Part shown: positions 1-14,477 of the stretch, in pieces
Position numbering within the stretch: position 1 is the stretch's first letter
Layout of the letters: every line of letters begins with the position of its first letter
DNA from: Negaprion brevirostris
Taxonomy: Eukaryota
Length of the DNA stretch: 64,000 nucleotides
Assembly (NCBI GenBank): GCA_030324005.1
Contig: JARDVH010000124.1
Coordinates: 33,599,423 to 33,663,422 of the forward strand
Reading direction: 5' to 3'
The notes under the pieces: generated by a model
Seen by the model: only the letters and a program-made list of their open reading frames with translations
Databases searched by the model: none
What the model was told of the DNA's origin: nothing
Translations under genes and position numbers: made by a program

Positions 1-102
1 ATCCTTTCTAAGCGTAAGACCCAAGTGACCAAGCCAGGAATTGAACCTGGTTTCCAGACACTGTGAGGCAGCAGTGCCCCTCACTGTGCCACTGTGTTGC
101 CC
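1..102 (-). mobile_element. HE1-like SINE head fragment
   Basis: ggaattgaacctgg...ctgtgaggcagcagtgc...cactgtgccactgtgttgccc. Confidence 0.75.
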
Positions 103-2859
103 TATGAGAATGAAGGGAGTTTGATAGGGCTGAAGGGGGGGAGAAGTGGCATGCAGAGGGAAGATTGGGGACAGGGCTAGATGGAGACCCACATGGAACA
201 GCAGAATGCAGACACAGAAGGAAGTGGAGTGGATTCAATTTGCACTACATTGACTGGGAGGACATCCTCTGCCAGTGTCCTGAGGGTCATCGCCGCACTC
301 AATCTTTTTGCCAGCATGCCAGTGATCTGAAAAGCCTTTTACAACAACTAACATCAAAAGCAATGTCAGCATTGAACTTTGGACTTCCAACCCTCAGGTT
401 CCACCACGCCCTAATCTTTGGAGAGGTCAGCAGCCAAAGCTGGATGGAGTCACTTCAGGAAACGAAAGGCAGCACACCAGAGAAAAGCCTGTGTCAAGTT
501 GACTTGCTGTTGCAGATGTCACCTTCTGAATGGGGCAACTCTCACTACTGGAGGACTTGTGCACTGGCACAAACAATGAGGACAGCTATCTGATATTGAG
601 ACAATATAAATGCAACTAGCCCATGGTGTCTTTTAATGAATATCACTTCCTAAAGCAAATTGGAGTCACTAGGATTCAGAATTTATTACTGCAATCTGCA
701 TCTTCTGTTTTCACAGACAGGTCAGTTACAACAATTGCTGAGACAATGCAGACCTACAATTTTTTGCAGGCAGTGAAAGGACCATAGAATCACATTTTGA
801 AGCCCCTCAAAAGGAAGAAAGATTGGTTCAAAGACTCACGAGATCTTGTGTCCAGACTGGTGACTACATTGCCAATGAGCCGGAGAACTGTCAGAGGATC
901 TTTATCCTAGCTTACGCATTGCCAATTAAAAGGCCACATATCAAGGGCAGCACATCCTTATCTGTGGTGTTTTGCAGGATGGCATGTGGCATAAACTAAT
1001 TAAAAATGTACTTCCATTGTGAGGTCTTGGCACATCCAGGGACAGAGAAACAACAGTATTACATACCAGAATATCAAGTAAAAATTGCTCATAATTGAGG
1101 AAACAGTACCCAGTAATTGCACTTATCCGCATTCTTTAAACAAACCGTCAACATGAATAAGCAAGAGAAAGAACAAATATATCAGTTACAGCTATTTGCA
1201 ATAATGGATTTATGAAAGTAGTATTGATGTTGAGAATTCCTCCTCAAGATTAAATTTATCAGCTCTTGATCTTCCTAAAGTATTCAGCTTGAAATAAATC
1301 CATGGATCTGGTTGTATTGAGACAGCCTTAATAGAACTGTATCACACCATTACCTGGAACAGACTTGCTGAGATAGAGTGCTGCTTGTGCACAGCTAAAC
1401 TGAGTTACATTTTATGATTCTTTTTCATAGTAAACTTTTCATTAATCATTTTCTAATCATATCAACAAACTTTGATCACGATCTCAAATGTATGACCGAT
1501 AGAATAGATATAAAACATTTCTTTGCTGGAAAACACCCTGTTATACATGCCAGAAAACTGCAATATTTAGATCCTATTCATGAACACTTGCAATAAATGT
1601 AGTTAACTGAGGAAGAACATATTAATAGTGGAAAATAAATCTTTGCATAGAGAAAAAGAGCTTGGACGTGAAGTTTGACTGCATTGTGGTCAAATTTTCT
1701 ACATTTATGGTTTTTTTTTTTAGGTTCAACATGGCTTCCATCTGTGCTCACATGAAATTCTGGATGCCATTTTGGGTAGGTCATTAGCATGGACAATGTG
1801 AGCAACCACTTAAAATATGCAGAGTAGGCAGATTGTCAGATCAGGCATGCTAGCATTTGTGTGTGGTGTGAGATGTAGGTGTGAAGGTTGCAGAACTACA
1901 TGCGTATGAAGATCATAGAATCATGAAAACCCTACATTGCAGAAGGAGGCCATTCAGCCCATCCAGTCTGCACTGACAACAATCCCACCCAGGCCCTATC
2001 CTCAGATAGGGGATGAGTTAAAGCTGTGAGTTTTATGCACATTGTTGATAGGTGACTGATGCCCAGTGATGAATTGCTCATTGTGCATGATGAGAGGTTA
2101 ACTTGCAAGAATGCGACAATTAAATTCACATTTTCTGACCATGTGCAGTCATCAAACTTCTCAGAGCATTGCATGCAGGTCCTTGGGATTCACTGCTGGA
2201 AATGACCACAAGTGCTATCTGCTTCCACTCTTACGCCTGTCCACAGGATTCCTGATCCCCTGTGGGCAAAGGACTACTCTCCTCTTATCCACTTGATGCA
2301 GCATGGCCTCCAAATACATCTGCTGCAGATGGAGGCAGAGATTAGACTCCAACTTCATCTGCTGCAGGTTGGAGCCTGATCTCTGCCATGTGATGCCACT
2401 CCTGTGTCCTTCCCAGCCCTAGCTCATTCTTACAATAAATTCCCCCTGATTTCTGTCAAAATGTGCCACTACTTAGTGTGCATTCTAGCATTTAATACAG
2501 GCTAGCTTGAATTAGTGCTAACCTCATGATATTGCACCCTCTTCCAGGTGTGGAGCCACTCAACAGTCTACTTGGTCTGCTTGCTACAAATCTGTAAATG
2601 AGCAAGCAGTACAAAGTTGCATTGGAATGAATGGTTAAGGGTTCATTGCACATCACAATCCCTGGGCCCATTTTTGGGAGACTGTACAATTGTCCCCTCT
2701 GGTATTTATACAGTATTTTGTCACCAATTAATATTTTTTGAAGAGCAGCCATTGTTACTTAAAAAGTCACTGCAGCTCTTTGTGCAAGGCACGTTTCTAA
2801 ACATTAATCTGCTTTATTTTGATGATGGTAGTTGAGGGGCAAATTTACACCACAATATC

Positions 2860-3098
2860 TGTAGTATTTTGCACAGACGGGTGATCACCAAGTAAAATGA
2901 ATGGAGAGTTTATTAAGGTACGTAACTATATACAGAGAGTGATAATATAAAGGCTGCCTTTATATTGTCTATGACTCCAGACTCCTAACTGGTAAGGAAA
3001 ACCTGCACTCAGCTCCAAGATTCACGGACTCCAGCCCAAGTGACCACATGGGTCACGCAACCCTCCAAGCGCTTGTCCCCTGAAGGGGCACAATACCA
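2860..3098 (-). mobile_element. Possible solo LTR
   Basis: TG...CA ends (tgtagtatt...aatacca) and an internal AATAAA on the minus strand. No clear TSD. Confidence 0.35.
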
Positions 3099-3714
3099 GG
3101 ATAACTCTAATGATTCACAAATAGCTCGANNNNNNNNNNNNNNNNNNNNNNNNNNCATCTTTTAAATCCACCCGAATTAGTAAAATATAATTAGTAAGAT
3201 CAAACATCTCACTTGGAAGTCATAGATCTGGACTCCCAGGAAGTGACAATTAGAGACTGATTGATTGTCATTCTGCTCCTGGTTTCTTACCTTAAAACCC
3301 AACTGCTCCATCACATCTGATGTTCTGAGTCAGACCAGGTGGGAACTGTCTGGTGCAATGGAGTCCCAAGGCCTTGTGTCAAAGATTGGAGATTTAGAGG
3401 TGTCCTGTTTCTTTTTTACAGCACTAACTGCTGTAAAACAAGTAAGTTTAAAGTTCCAGCCACTTTGAGGTTAGTTATGTTTTTAAGGTATGTGGGTAGG
3501 AATGGGGAAGGGTGCAGGGAGTTCATCGGTTGGGATGGGGATTGGGTAGTTGGTGAGGATTGGCTGGTCAGTGGGTATCAGGTGTCCAGTGAGGGGAGGG
3601 TTGGGCATAATCCCACGAGTGGCCAGGGGGATTGGGGGTTTAATTGTGTGTGGGATGAAGTCCACTCGGGGGTCAGGGGGTTGAGGGCCCCCCGCCAAGA
3701 GCTTGGAAGTTACA

Positions 3715-3850
3715 GACCAATGCCTCCAACAGTACAGCAGACCCTCTAACCTGCACTGAAGAGTCAACCTGGATTATGTGCTCAAATCCTGGAGTGGACT
3801 TGAATGCATTGACTTAGAAGTGAGAGTACGACCAACTGAGTTAAACTGAC
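3715..3850 (-). mobile_element. DeuSINE-like (SacSINE1-type) fragment
   Basis: Reverse strand reads ttcaagtccactccaggatttgagcacataatccaggttgactcttcagtgcagg...gctgtactgttggaggca, resembling a tRNA head plus Deu domain. Confidence 0.55.
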
Positions 3851-6204
3851 ACTACTTAAGTATACTACTTAAAACACTACAGAGTAACTGCTGCTGGTGC
3901 TAAGCTGAAAAGGTTTAAAGGATTTAGATACATACAAGATGAAAGACTTACCAATTGTTATTTACTTCAGATAGGCTGCCAGGCAGCAAAGAACATGAAT
4001 TGATTGGTTTTCCTCATTCAGTTCCTAGATTATAGATCTTCAGTGCTATGTCTTGGCCTTGATATAACCCATTTAAGTCATCTGATCGCCTGCAATCCAT
4101 GGCTGATCAGCCAAACAATGGGGTGTTATGAATCTTTAGGATATGCAGCCAACAAGTTAGATGAAAATGTCAATAACCAACAGTATTTTAAATCATAAAA
4201 ATTGTTTGTTCCATTTTGTTATTACCTGACCATAATTTCCAGAAAATTGAATTGTATATTGAGCCTACACAGTATATACCTTTGCTCATGGATATGGCAA
4301 TTGGAAGCTAATCAGAGGATAATATCTCAACTTATGGGTGTTTGGGCAATTTAGAAAGTCATGTAATAGTAAATACCTTTGGTAACTCCAGTCACAAAGC
4401 CTATTTGTTTTGGTACATGCCAGCAGTAAATTAATACACATGATCAGAAATAAATTCACATCTCAAAGTGTATTAATGGAGGTTTATTGCCTAAGTTCTG
4501 TACAATAATGATTCTTAAATTATATACTGATACTGGTAAAGAATGCAAAAAAAGAACCTGAAGAGCAAACACAATTTATTCAATTGGAAATTTTTAGTTT
4601 AGTAAAGTGATTAATTTAGTTCAAATGTGCTTTTAGCCAAAGGAAAGTAATTGTTAACAATGAACACAGGATATAATGTAAAAAAAACTATGAATGCAAA
4701 TGATTGTTGGAAACGGATTGATAACTTCAAACAGGTTCAAACAAAACACAGTGCAGCAAACAAAGGTCTGAAGAACACCATGAAAGCATTGAAGTGCTGT
4801 AAGCAATAATTACTTGCACTGTGTCCATATTTGCCTACCAGTTTAATCTACAGCTTTGGAGAGAGAAAGTACAACATTGGAATCTTAACAGGATGGTTGT
4901 GAGTTTAAGTGGTGGAGAAAGTAAGATTAAATTTCAACTAGTCTCCTACTGAACAACCAGTGAGAGTTACCAGCAAGAAGGCAGCAGAGGTTTGGGTGCA
5001 TTGGACTTTTACCATCTTCAGGAGTTCCCCTCTTGTCTTTTCACCCTTAAACAAGGAATGTAAAAGGGGGTGGAGTCAGAATTTGGATGCCCTAAACTCA
5101 TAGTTTCTGCACCTGCTGTCCATTTGGGATGTGAAGTTTGCATGGTCACTAGTGTGCTACAGGAGTGGAGATGAAACAGCCTCTACAATGCAATGTGTGA
5201 ACTTCACTTGGGCTATTCAGACCACGCAAACAGTCTAGATCTCTGAAGGGTCAGGAGATTAACAAAGAAATAATCTTCCTCAAGGAGTCAAAAGGAGCAC
5301 TAACCTGGTCAAGATAGCTTGGGTAAATCCTTGGACAATTTTCTATGTTGTAGAACTTGCTTTACTGGAATAGCTTTATTGGAGGAATGGCTGATTCCAG
5401 AGCATGTCTTCAGCACAAGAGCCAAGCTCATAGCCTTTGCTGCTCTCACTGCTTCTTGAGGTCACACAGAGTGAATCAAATTGGCTGGAAACTGGTCTTT
5501 GGGGACTTTAGGAGAAGGAAGTGAAGAAGGATCACCATTTTTAACTACAAAGTGTTACAAGTTCTTCAGACTCATCTTTTTGTCTGGGCTCCACCATTAG
5601 TTTCCTAATTTGGCAACTTCATCCAGGTATTGGTTCAGATCTGTTGATTTGGAGACTATTTAGTTCTGTTAATAGGATATTTTCATATCCTATCATGAGT
5701 GTAGTCTTGTGTTTACCAGGTTGGCCCTTCATTTTTGAGTGGTCTACTGCTTTATCCAGCATACATTTCTACACACTTTCTTGATCCAGCTTTGGCCACT
5801 TAGCTTGATGGTAACAGAGGAGAAAGTAGTATGAGGTTAAAAATTGTGGTAGGGTGTAACTATGCTGATGGCCCACAGTTGCTCATGGAGCCATAGTTGG
5901 CCCTACTGAATTATGCTTGTCTGAGCACAGCACACAGAAGGAGATCCAGCCAAATACCTGAAAAACANNNNNNNNNNNNNNNNNNNNNNNNNNNNNNNNN
6001 NNNNNNNNNNNNNNNNNNNNNNNNNNNNNNNNNNNNNNNNNNNNNNNNNNNNNNNNNNNNNNNNNNNTGGACATGGCATATTCTTTTTTTTTTGTGCACC
6101 CTTTTTAAGTGCAAGTAATCAACAGCCCCTTGCCAGGGAAACTTCAAAGGGGATTGTGTCTCTTGTCATTTGAGTTCCAGCTCCATTCAGTGATCACTGA
6201 TCAC

Positions 6205-7097
6205 AGAATAAGCATACCTCAGGCATAGGGGCAGAATTAGATCATTCAGCCCATCAAGTCCACTCTGCCATTCGAATATGCTGATATGCTCCTCATCTCC
6301 ATTTTCCTGCCGTCTCCCCATAATCCTTCAACCAATTACCAATTAAAAATCTGTCTAACTTTTCCTTAAATTTATTCACTATCCTAGCATCCACCATACT
6401 TTGGGGTAGCGAATGCCACAGATTCACAAAGCTTTGGGAGAAGTAGTTTCTCCCCAACTTCAGTTTTAAATTTGCTACCCCTTATCCTAAGACCATGACC
6501 TCTCGTCCTGGAATGCCCACAAAAGGAAGCATCTGTTCCACATCTACTTTATCCATACCTTTTATCATCTTGAATACCTCAACTTTATCTCCCCCTCATT
6601 CTTCTAAATTCCAGAGAGTACAGGCTTAAACTGTTCAACCTTTCTTCATACGACAAACCCCTCATCTCTGGAATCAATCTAATGAACCTTCTCTGAACTG
6701 CCCCCAATCTTTCATCTACATCCTTCCTCAAATAATGGGGCCAAAACTCTGCGCAATATTCCAGATACAGACTCATTAATGCCTTGCATAGTCACAATAC
6801 TTCCTTACCTTTTATATTCTATTCCTTTTGCTATAAATGCCAACATTCTATTCACTTCCTTTATTATCTGCTATACCTGCATGTTAGTTTTCTGTGACTC
6901 ATGAACAAGGACATCCAGATCCCTCTACACCAGAGCACCGGTGGANNNNNNNNNNNNNNNNNNNNNNNNNNNNNNNNNNNNNNNNNNNNNNNNNNNNNNN
7001 NNNNNNNNNNNNNNNNNNNNNNNNNNNNNNNNNNNNNNNNNNNNNGTGACTCATGAACAAGGACATCCAGATCCCTCTACACCAGAGCACCGGTGGA
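6205..7097 (-). mobile_element. CR1 (HER1-like) LINE 3' fragment
   Basis: LEYCAEFWPHYLRKDV...VQRRFIRLIPEMRGLSYEERLNSLSLYSLEFRRMRG plus a CR1 3'UTR. Spans a gap. Confidence 0.9.
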
Positions 7098-8454
7098 AAA
7101 TTGCCTCCAGGAAATAATCTCCATGCTATTCTATAAAATGGAGAGTTGGCATTTGTTCAGCATATTCAGCTTTTACAGGTTAGCACCTAACAGTGTTGGT
7201 TGACATATTAAATATTGTATCATTTAATGTATCATGTGTGGACATATGAAATTGCTAGGCATGAAAAGATCAGCTGGTTGATCAATCCTGCCCACAAACC
7301 ACAATGGCTGGAGCATCAATATCAGACACTTACATACTTACCACTTTCCACAACTCCCACTCCACCACCCTCAGCATGTAATCTCCTGAGCGTGTTCTAA
7401 ATTTTGATCCATCTGGCACAAGTCACCTGGAATAAAGAGGATAAATGTATTCCCCACGAGTGCTTGTTTTTAATCTTAGTTATTTACATTTAACTTTCAA
7501 CCTTCATTGCGAAAGTGATTAGAGTTTCACTGCAGGCAGACAGAGCTCAGACTGTTCCTTTTAATTCTATTGTGTAAAGCTCAACTGGTTACTGTTTCAC
7601 AGTAAGGGTCTGCCCCAGAGAATCATGCTCCTTGCCATAACCAAGTCTCTGCTATTGATCCATGTAATCTTAGGTCTCCATTTGTGTTCCCATGTGTATT
7701 TCTGGGATAGGACCCAGACCCTACACTCCCACCTTTTTCTTTTCAGTCCCTGACCATACTTTGTTTTTTATCAGCTCCTTCCACCTCTCCATTTCTTGGT
7801 GTTTACTGAGATGGTCACATACCCCTTCGGAAATTAGTTTTCTGATGTATTAGTTGAAGGATCGGAACGTCTACCTGTCCACTCCTACAGTAGATGGAGC
7901 AGGAAATCATTTTTCAATTGTGGATATTTTTTTGAAATAGTGTCAAAATGCTGATGCACTGAAAAACAAAACTAACATTTTTGAAACTAAAGCAATCAGA
8001 TTTAGATGTGTTTGTCACATTCACAAGAATGCATGTTGAAATAGTTTACTGGTTTGTGTCAATTTCTCACATTTGAAATATCTTTAGATAAATACGTGAC
8101 CATATTTGCTTCCCTATACAATCAGTATTTTGGCTGGGAAAGAATACAAACATAGATGGCTAATGGTCTTTCTTGTTCTTTCTATCCATGTCACTTGTGC
8201 TCTTTAGCAAGAATACTTATGTCAGTTCAAAAGCAGATTTGTGGGTGCTATGTATTCCAGTACCTAAATTTTCTAGTCAACTGGATATCTAGATTTACAT
8301 AATGATCGAGCACTTAAATACTTGCTCAAATACAGACTTCCTGCAAAATCCAGTGGCACTCCTTTTTGGAGTAAAAGATTGCTCCAAAATTTCAGTGCTG
8401 ATAGCTTTTGAAATGCATCCACCTGAAGTTCACCTGATATAGGTTTGACGCCAT

Positions 8455-9045
8455 GATTTATTTATTCACTTATGGGGTGTGGACATCACTGGCTAGGCCA
8501 GCATTTATTGCCAATTTCTAGTTGCCCTTGAGCAGGTGGTGGCAAGCTGCCTTCTTGAATCACTGCAGTCCCTGAGGAGTAGGTACAAACGCAGTGCTGT
8601 TAGGGTGTTCCTGGATTTTGACTCGGCAACAGTAAAGGAATGGTGATATATTTCTAAATCAGGGTGGCGAGTGACTTGGAGAGAAACATACAGGTGTTGT
8701 TGTTCATAGGTATTTGTTATCCTTGTCTTTCTGGATGGTAACAGTTGTGGGCTTGGAAGGCGCTGGTCTCAGACGCTATAGTAAGTTCTTGCAGTGCATC
8801 TTGTAGCTGCGACTGTGCTTTGGTGATGGAACGGTTGAATGTTTGTGAATGGGGTGCCAATCAAACATGCTGCTTTGTCCTGGGTGGTGTTGAGCTTCTT
8901 TAGTGTTGTTGGAGCAGCACTCATCCAACAAAGTGGAGACTTTTCACTCACATTCATGGCTTGTGCCTTGTAGAAGATGGATAGGTTTTGGGGAGTCAGA
9001 AAGTGAGTTATTTGCTGCAGGATTCCTAGCCTTTGACCAGTTGGA
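8455..9045 (-). mobile_element. Second LINE family (CR1/L2 superclade, called 'family B' here), 3' fragment
   Basis: SPLCWMSAAPTTLKKLNTTQDKAACLIG, with tail gggcaactagaaattggcaataaatgctggcc. Related pieces at about 5400-5900, 12700-13150, 26140-26386, 26794-27020 and 27649-27830. Confidence 0.75.
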
Positions 9046-10609
9046 ACTAATGCCTCCTCCTAATTGTAATGCATATCTTGGTTTCTGAAAATGCTTAGTG
9101 AAAACTAATTGGCTAGGAAGTCAGGGTTATTAACATTAATTTGCACTGAAGGATTCAAAATTGAAAGATGCAGCCTTCAAGGAGGTACAATGCAAAGTTA
9201 CCTTTTTTCTAGTCAATTGTAGGAAAGCCTGCAGGTAACAATTTTGAATAACATTAAAAAAATCTTGATATGTTGCATATGCTAAAATGTTGACAGATTT
9301 GCTTTGAACTTACACTCCCAGTGGAACTAATATAAGCCTGGATATCAACTGAGTCAGGATGACTTTGGAGCCCTTCAAAAATGATGGGAGGGTACCAATT
9401 TTGGAATTCCCAGCCCTATTCTAACTTACAGGAGTGTCTTTAAAGGATGCAGGGTGGTTCCCGTCAAAAGCCCAAATCTGGCACTCCTGACCTGGCTGGC
9501 TTCATTGCAGAGATTGACATGTCCTTGTCATCTGCAATTTTTGTGGTGTCCAGCCAGGATTTTAGAAAGCATTATGGATCACAACCTCAGTGAAACCGCA
9601 AACTAACTTAATGCATTTTAAAAGGGAAGTTCGAAAGGCCCTCTTCATGCCCACACATGCCAAGTTCTGCTTTTCCACCTACCCCCATGGCCCCTCATGT
9701 CGTATGCCAAGCTGTGGCACTTCCACGCCAAGTACAGTGTACAGAACCAAGAAACACCATAGTGATATGGGATGTGGAATAAAAATGTTTTAAGAAGCAA
9801 TTAATTAATAATTTTCTACCCTGTTAAAAAGTAACTTCACTTTGAAATTATTCATCATCCAGGCCCTTTAAAATATCAATAACAAAAACCACATACCATT
9901 AACCTTGTGCAAGTAAACAATGGGAGCACCTGAACTGATAATCATGGATTTTTTTCTCTGGGGCTCAGCTGTTTCAACAAGTGTAATGGATTTCTAGGCT
10001 CTCAGCCAAGTACCAGTATGCTTGCCTGAGAGTCCAGACATCCATTATGCTGTTAAAGTGCTGAACCCCAGGGAATACATTGCTTGAGGCATGACGAGCC
10101 ATAGGGTATAGGTGGGGAGTATGAGATGGTCTGGATGGGGCATGGGGAGTGTTTGAAGGGTGGAATACCATCGTGTTTTACTTTAACTAGCAAAAAGCCC
10201 CACTCCATCGAGGTAGGGCTTTTAAACAGACTACCTCTACAAATCTTTTCCTGGAGTAGCTGCTCAACTCCAGTCTGTACTTGCTCCCAGCAATTAAGAT
10301 GCTGACATTGTGGGCACTTCTCCCAAGGCAGGTGGATCAAGTCAGTAATTTTCCCAACTCCTGCTACCCATCATGAAGATGAAAATTCAGGCCATATGTT
10401 TTGTATTGGATAGCATTTTCACAAGGACAACGTTGAATGTGTGTCTTTGCTGTTCTGCTGCTTTTTAACATCTGAGCTGTCTTGTATGCACATCAAGGTG
10501 CATACTCAAAACCTACCATAAGTAAATGTGCACAAGTAGACTGCTATGACAATGTAAGGAGTCAGCCAGTGACATATTTTGCCTTGAGTCTATGGAAGAA
10601 ATAGTATAT

Positions 10610-10895
10610 GGAGGTGGTTGTGTAGTGGTATTGTCACTGGCCAACTATTCCAGAGGACCTGGGTTCAAATCCGACTATGGCAGATGGAGTTTGAATCCAA
10701 TGAAAATCTGGAATTAAAAGTCTACTGATGACCACGAAATCATTGATTGTTGAAAAAATCCATCTGGTTCATTAATGTCCTTTAGGGAAAGAAATCTATT
10801 GTCTTTACCTGGTTTGGCCTACGTGTGAGTCATAATGTGCTCAGCTTGGGGCAATAAATGCTGGCCTAGCCAGTAATGTCCCATGAAAGAATTTT
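10610..10895 (+). mobile_element. tRNA-derived SINE sharing its 3' tail with family B LINE
   Basis: A/B-box-like head (gtagtgg...gggttcaaatcc), core ctggttcattaatgtcctttagggaa, tail gggcaataaatgctggcctagccag. Confidence 0.75.
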
Positions 10896-12094
10896 ATTAA
10901 GTAGAAGTGAAGTACCCTTTTTTTTCCCCTCATTGCTCCAATCCTCATTTACCAGCACAAAGACATATGTTGGACAATAATAGCATACTGCATAATATAT
11001 TGATATTTCACCTCAGGTTCAAGCACATCTTCCTTTTCTCTTCCTGCAGGTATTTCCCAAAATGGTGACAGGCAGAATATTTTACAGCAGGCAACATCAA
11101 GTAATCCACTTGCTACAAGCACCATCACAAATCCAAGCATCCCAAGCACTTAGATAAATAATGAGAGCAAGGAGGTGAAAAGTGGAGGTGCTGTTGGGAA
11201 AATGGCAAGCAGCTCCTTAAACTTCAGGCTGAGGGATTCTTTAACTGCATGGGCAAATTATTGATACCCTACTTGGTTGGCCTTCAGAAGACCAAAAGGT
11301 ATTTCTTGCATCCAACGGAACAGCCTACAAAGGTTATCAACGAGTGTCCATAAGTGAACATCCGAAGCAATTTGTGGATGATTTTTAACTACATAGCACC
11401 TTGGAACTCATGGCTGCTTCATGTAGGGGAGCCCTGCAGGACAAAGGGACCATGTCCAATTCAGTTCCTATCACAGACGTTGTGACTGAGGTAAGAAAAA
11501 CCTTGACTTCAGTTTATGACCTACCGCTGCAAGGTCACAGTGTCGCAATATCTTTCACAAGCCTTTTTGGTGCCTTACTATTAGGCAGAGTGCACCATAT
11601 CTGGCACATGGAGCATGGCAGGAAAAGGAGCAACTTAACAATGAATTAGTCATGACAACAGGGCAAACATTAGAATAATCACATTTTATTGGGGCACCAA
11701 ACAGCGACACAACCGTAAGGAATAATATGTAAGGATCACCGAAAAAGATTAGGACATTTATTTGTCTTTAATGCACCTGTTTCTGTGGAGAAGAACAAAT
11801 GTTAATGTTACAGCTGATAGGATGAAATCAAATCACAGTGCAAGCTACAGTAAATGGGAATTTCTGCAAATTCATTTAGTACACTGTGTGACACTTCATT
11901 TATCTGCAGTATGTGTCACAAATTCCAGTCAGGAAATTGCTAGAAACATTTCTCTGCATGTGCCTGCCATGTTTTCTGTTATTCCTGGAGTTTTGAACTC
12001 TTTTGAACTCCTTTTCTTTTGAACTTCTTTGCCCAGTAGTTTTATTTCTGCTCTGAAATATTTAAACACTGAAACCGTAACAGCCAAAGCTATT

Positions 12095-12258
12095 CAGCAT
12101 CTGTCGAGAGAGAATAAAGCCAATGTTTTGAGTCAGGATGACTCTTCTGAAAGGTCATCCAGACTCGAAAGATTGGCTCTATTTTTTTCTCCACAGATGC
12201 TGTCAGACTTGCTGAGATTTTCCAGCATTTTCTGTTTTTTGTTTCAGATTCCAGTATC
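12095..12258. repeat. Inverted-repeat element made of two Penelope termini
   Basis: Arms 12095-12142 and 12154-12202 are imperfect reverse complements. Confidence 0.8.
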
Positions 12259-14477
12259 CTTTTGTCTTTAACCAAAGATATTTGTTTTCTATTGGAACTT
12301 TTACAATGGCGATACGGATTAGCTGAAACCCAACTTCTGTTTATCAGGGCAGATTGAATGATCCCAGCAAAAACAGCCACTGAGAGCGCTAAGAGAGATC
12401 AAATCAACACACCTCTGATCAACCACACTGGATAATGCGAAGTCAACACGTGGTAATTGCTTAAGTATTCTTTCTGCATAACTTGAGCCTTGCTGCAGAC
12501 ATAAAATAAATTGGCTTCTATAGACCTACTTGCACTAAAGTAAGTTGCCTGCGTGTATGCAGGAAGATATTTTTAAACACAAGAAAATGCAACACAACAG
12601 TTTTTCAGACATTTTTAGATATTTTACATGTGAATGTGAAAAATTGGTGGGGTGAGGGTTGAGAGAGATCAAGGACTGATGGCAGATTAATCCTGCATCT
12701 GACCTCTCTCATTAGAGACACCTCTACCATCTAGAAGGAAAAGAGCAGCAGATGTATGGGTACACCACCACCTGTAAGTTCCCCTCCAAGACACATACCA
12801 GCCTGACTTGGAATTATATCAGCGTTTCTTCACTATTGCTGCATCAAAATTCTGGAATGCTCTTCCTACCAGCACTGTGGGTGTTCTAACACAGTAAGAA
12901 GTGTCACAACACCACGTTAAAGTCCAATGGTCTATTTGGCAGCACTAGCTTAATAAACTTGTTGAACTTTAANNNNNNNNNNNNNNNNNNNNNNNNNNNN
13001 NNNNNNNNNNNNNNNNNNNNNNNNNNNNNNNNNNNNNNNNNNNNNNNNNNNNNNNNNNNNNNNNNNNNNNNNNNNNNNNNNNNNNNNNNNNNNNNNNNNN
13101 AATGCTGATCATGCCAGCAACTCCCATGTCCAGTAAAAGAAGAAATAAAAAATAAATTTAATTTATATGGATGAGTTTGCTCTATTTGGCACATCAATGG
13201 TCACCTCTGCAGCGAACAGAGTGCTCCAGATGGAAGAAGGTAATACCAGCATGAACGTTGTCCATGGAATCTAAGAAACCTGGAATAGTACACTTTTTAA
13301 AGACTTTATTTACCAAAGATTAATCAGGAACATCATGAACTAGACAGATTTACAAACCAACAAGCATGCTTTATCACCTTGCTTAACATTTACTATTCAC
13401 CTGTGCTAAGCTTTCCTACAACCTTACAATTCATTACATTTCATACATTGCAATACCTAAGCAAAGCACACAGCTAAATAATTGAAAGTCTTGCCACATC
13501 ATCAAAGGGTTCAGTTTTGGCACATCATATCCATAAGTGATTACTTTGGAAAATACACCAGGGCAGTTAAATGAGCAGTATTGGCAAGCGGAGCAGTGGA
13601 AGAAAAGAATCACAGAATTTGTTCCAACATAGACAGAGGCCATTGGGCCCAATGCCTGTGCTAGTTCTCTGCAAGAAAAATTCAGCTAGTCCCACTCAAA
13701 GATGGTGATTCTGGCATTGCAGTGCTTGCTGTTCTTGAATGNNNNNNNNNNNNNNNNNNNNNNNNNNNNNNNNNNNNNNNNNGAACTCAGAACTTCTGAC
13801 CTAGAGATGAAACTGAGTCATAGTTGGCACTTATCCAAAAGATTGAAGTTCTGGCCATGCTGATCTATATGCATCAGTCACCTTTTATGAACCACACATG
13901 GGTAGCTTAGTGGCACACCCTGTATTACAATGCTGGGAATGAGCTTGTCAACTAGGCATACTGCCATCCATATATTGCAAGTTATTTTCAGATGTTGATT
14001 TTGAAGATAACAATTCCTGTCCTGCTAATCCATTGAACGCTGAGCAGACTGCCTTAACTAATTAGGTCAGTGTACCGAGGTTTGCAGAATATTCTAGTGC
14101 CTGCTGATTTCCCTGGCATGTTTTATTTCAAGTTTTATTTATTACAGTCTAAACCATGAAATATTCTATTTGAAACACATTTAAAATAAGCTTACCTTGC
14201 TGAGTATAGAAAAGTCAAAAAGTCTTTCAAAAAAATTGTGAATAAAAATTCAGGTGTCAAAGAAAATTAACAAAAAAAACACTAGACTGAAAGGTACAGC
14301 AAACATTGCTAAAACAAACATACACAGTGGTTAGTTTTAGATGCAAAGGAATCTAATTAAGCTAACTAAGCAGGATTATAATGAACTAACACAATCAAAG
14401 CCAAGTAAGAAATGGTAAATTACTTAAGGAGAAAGAATAAGATCAGGTGAAAAAGGAATATAACCTTGGGATGTATA

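Noticed and set aside
165-593. 142-aa ORF
   Set aside because: No recognisable domain or splice context. Probably decayed transposon sequence.
6895-7097. Exact ~50-bp direct repeats flanking 100-N gaps (shorter cases at 17293-17455, 51165-51335 and 22424-22541)
   Set aside because: These are unmerged contig overlaps around placeholder gaps, not tandem repeats or CRISPR.
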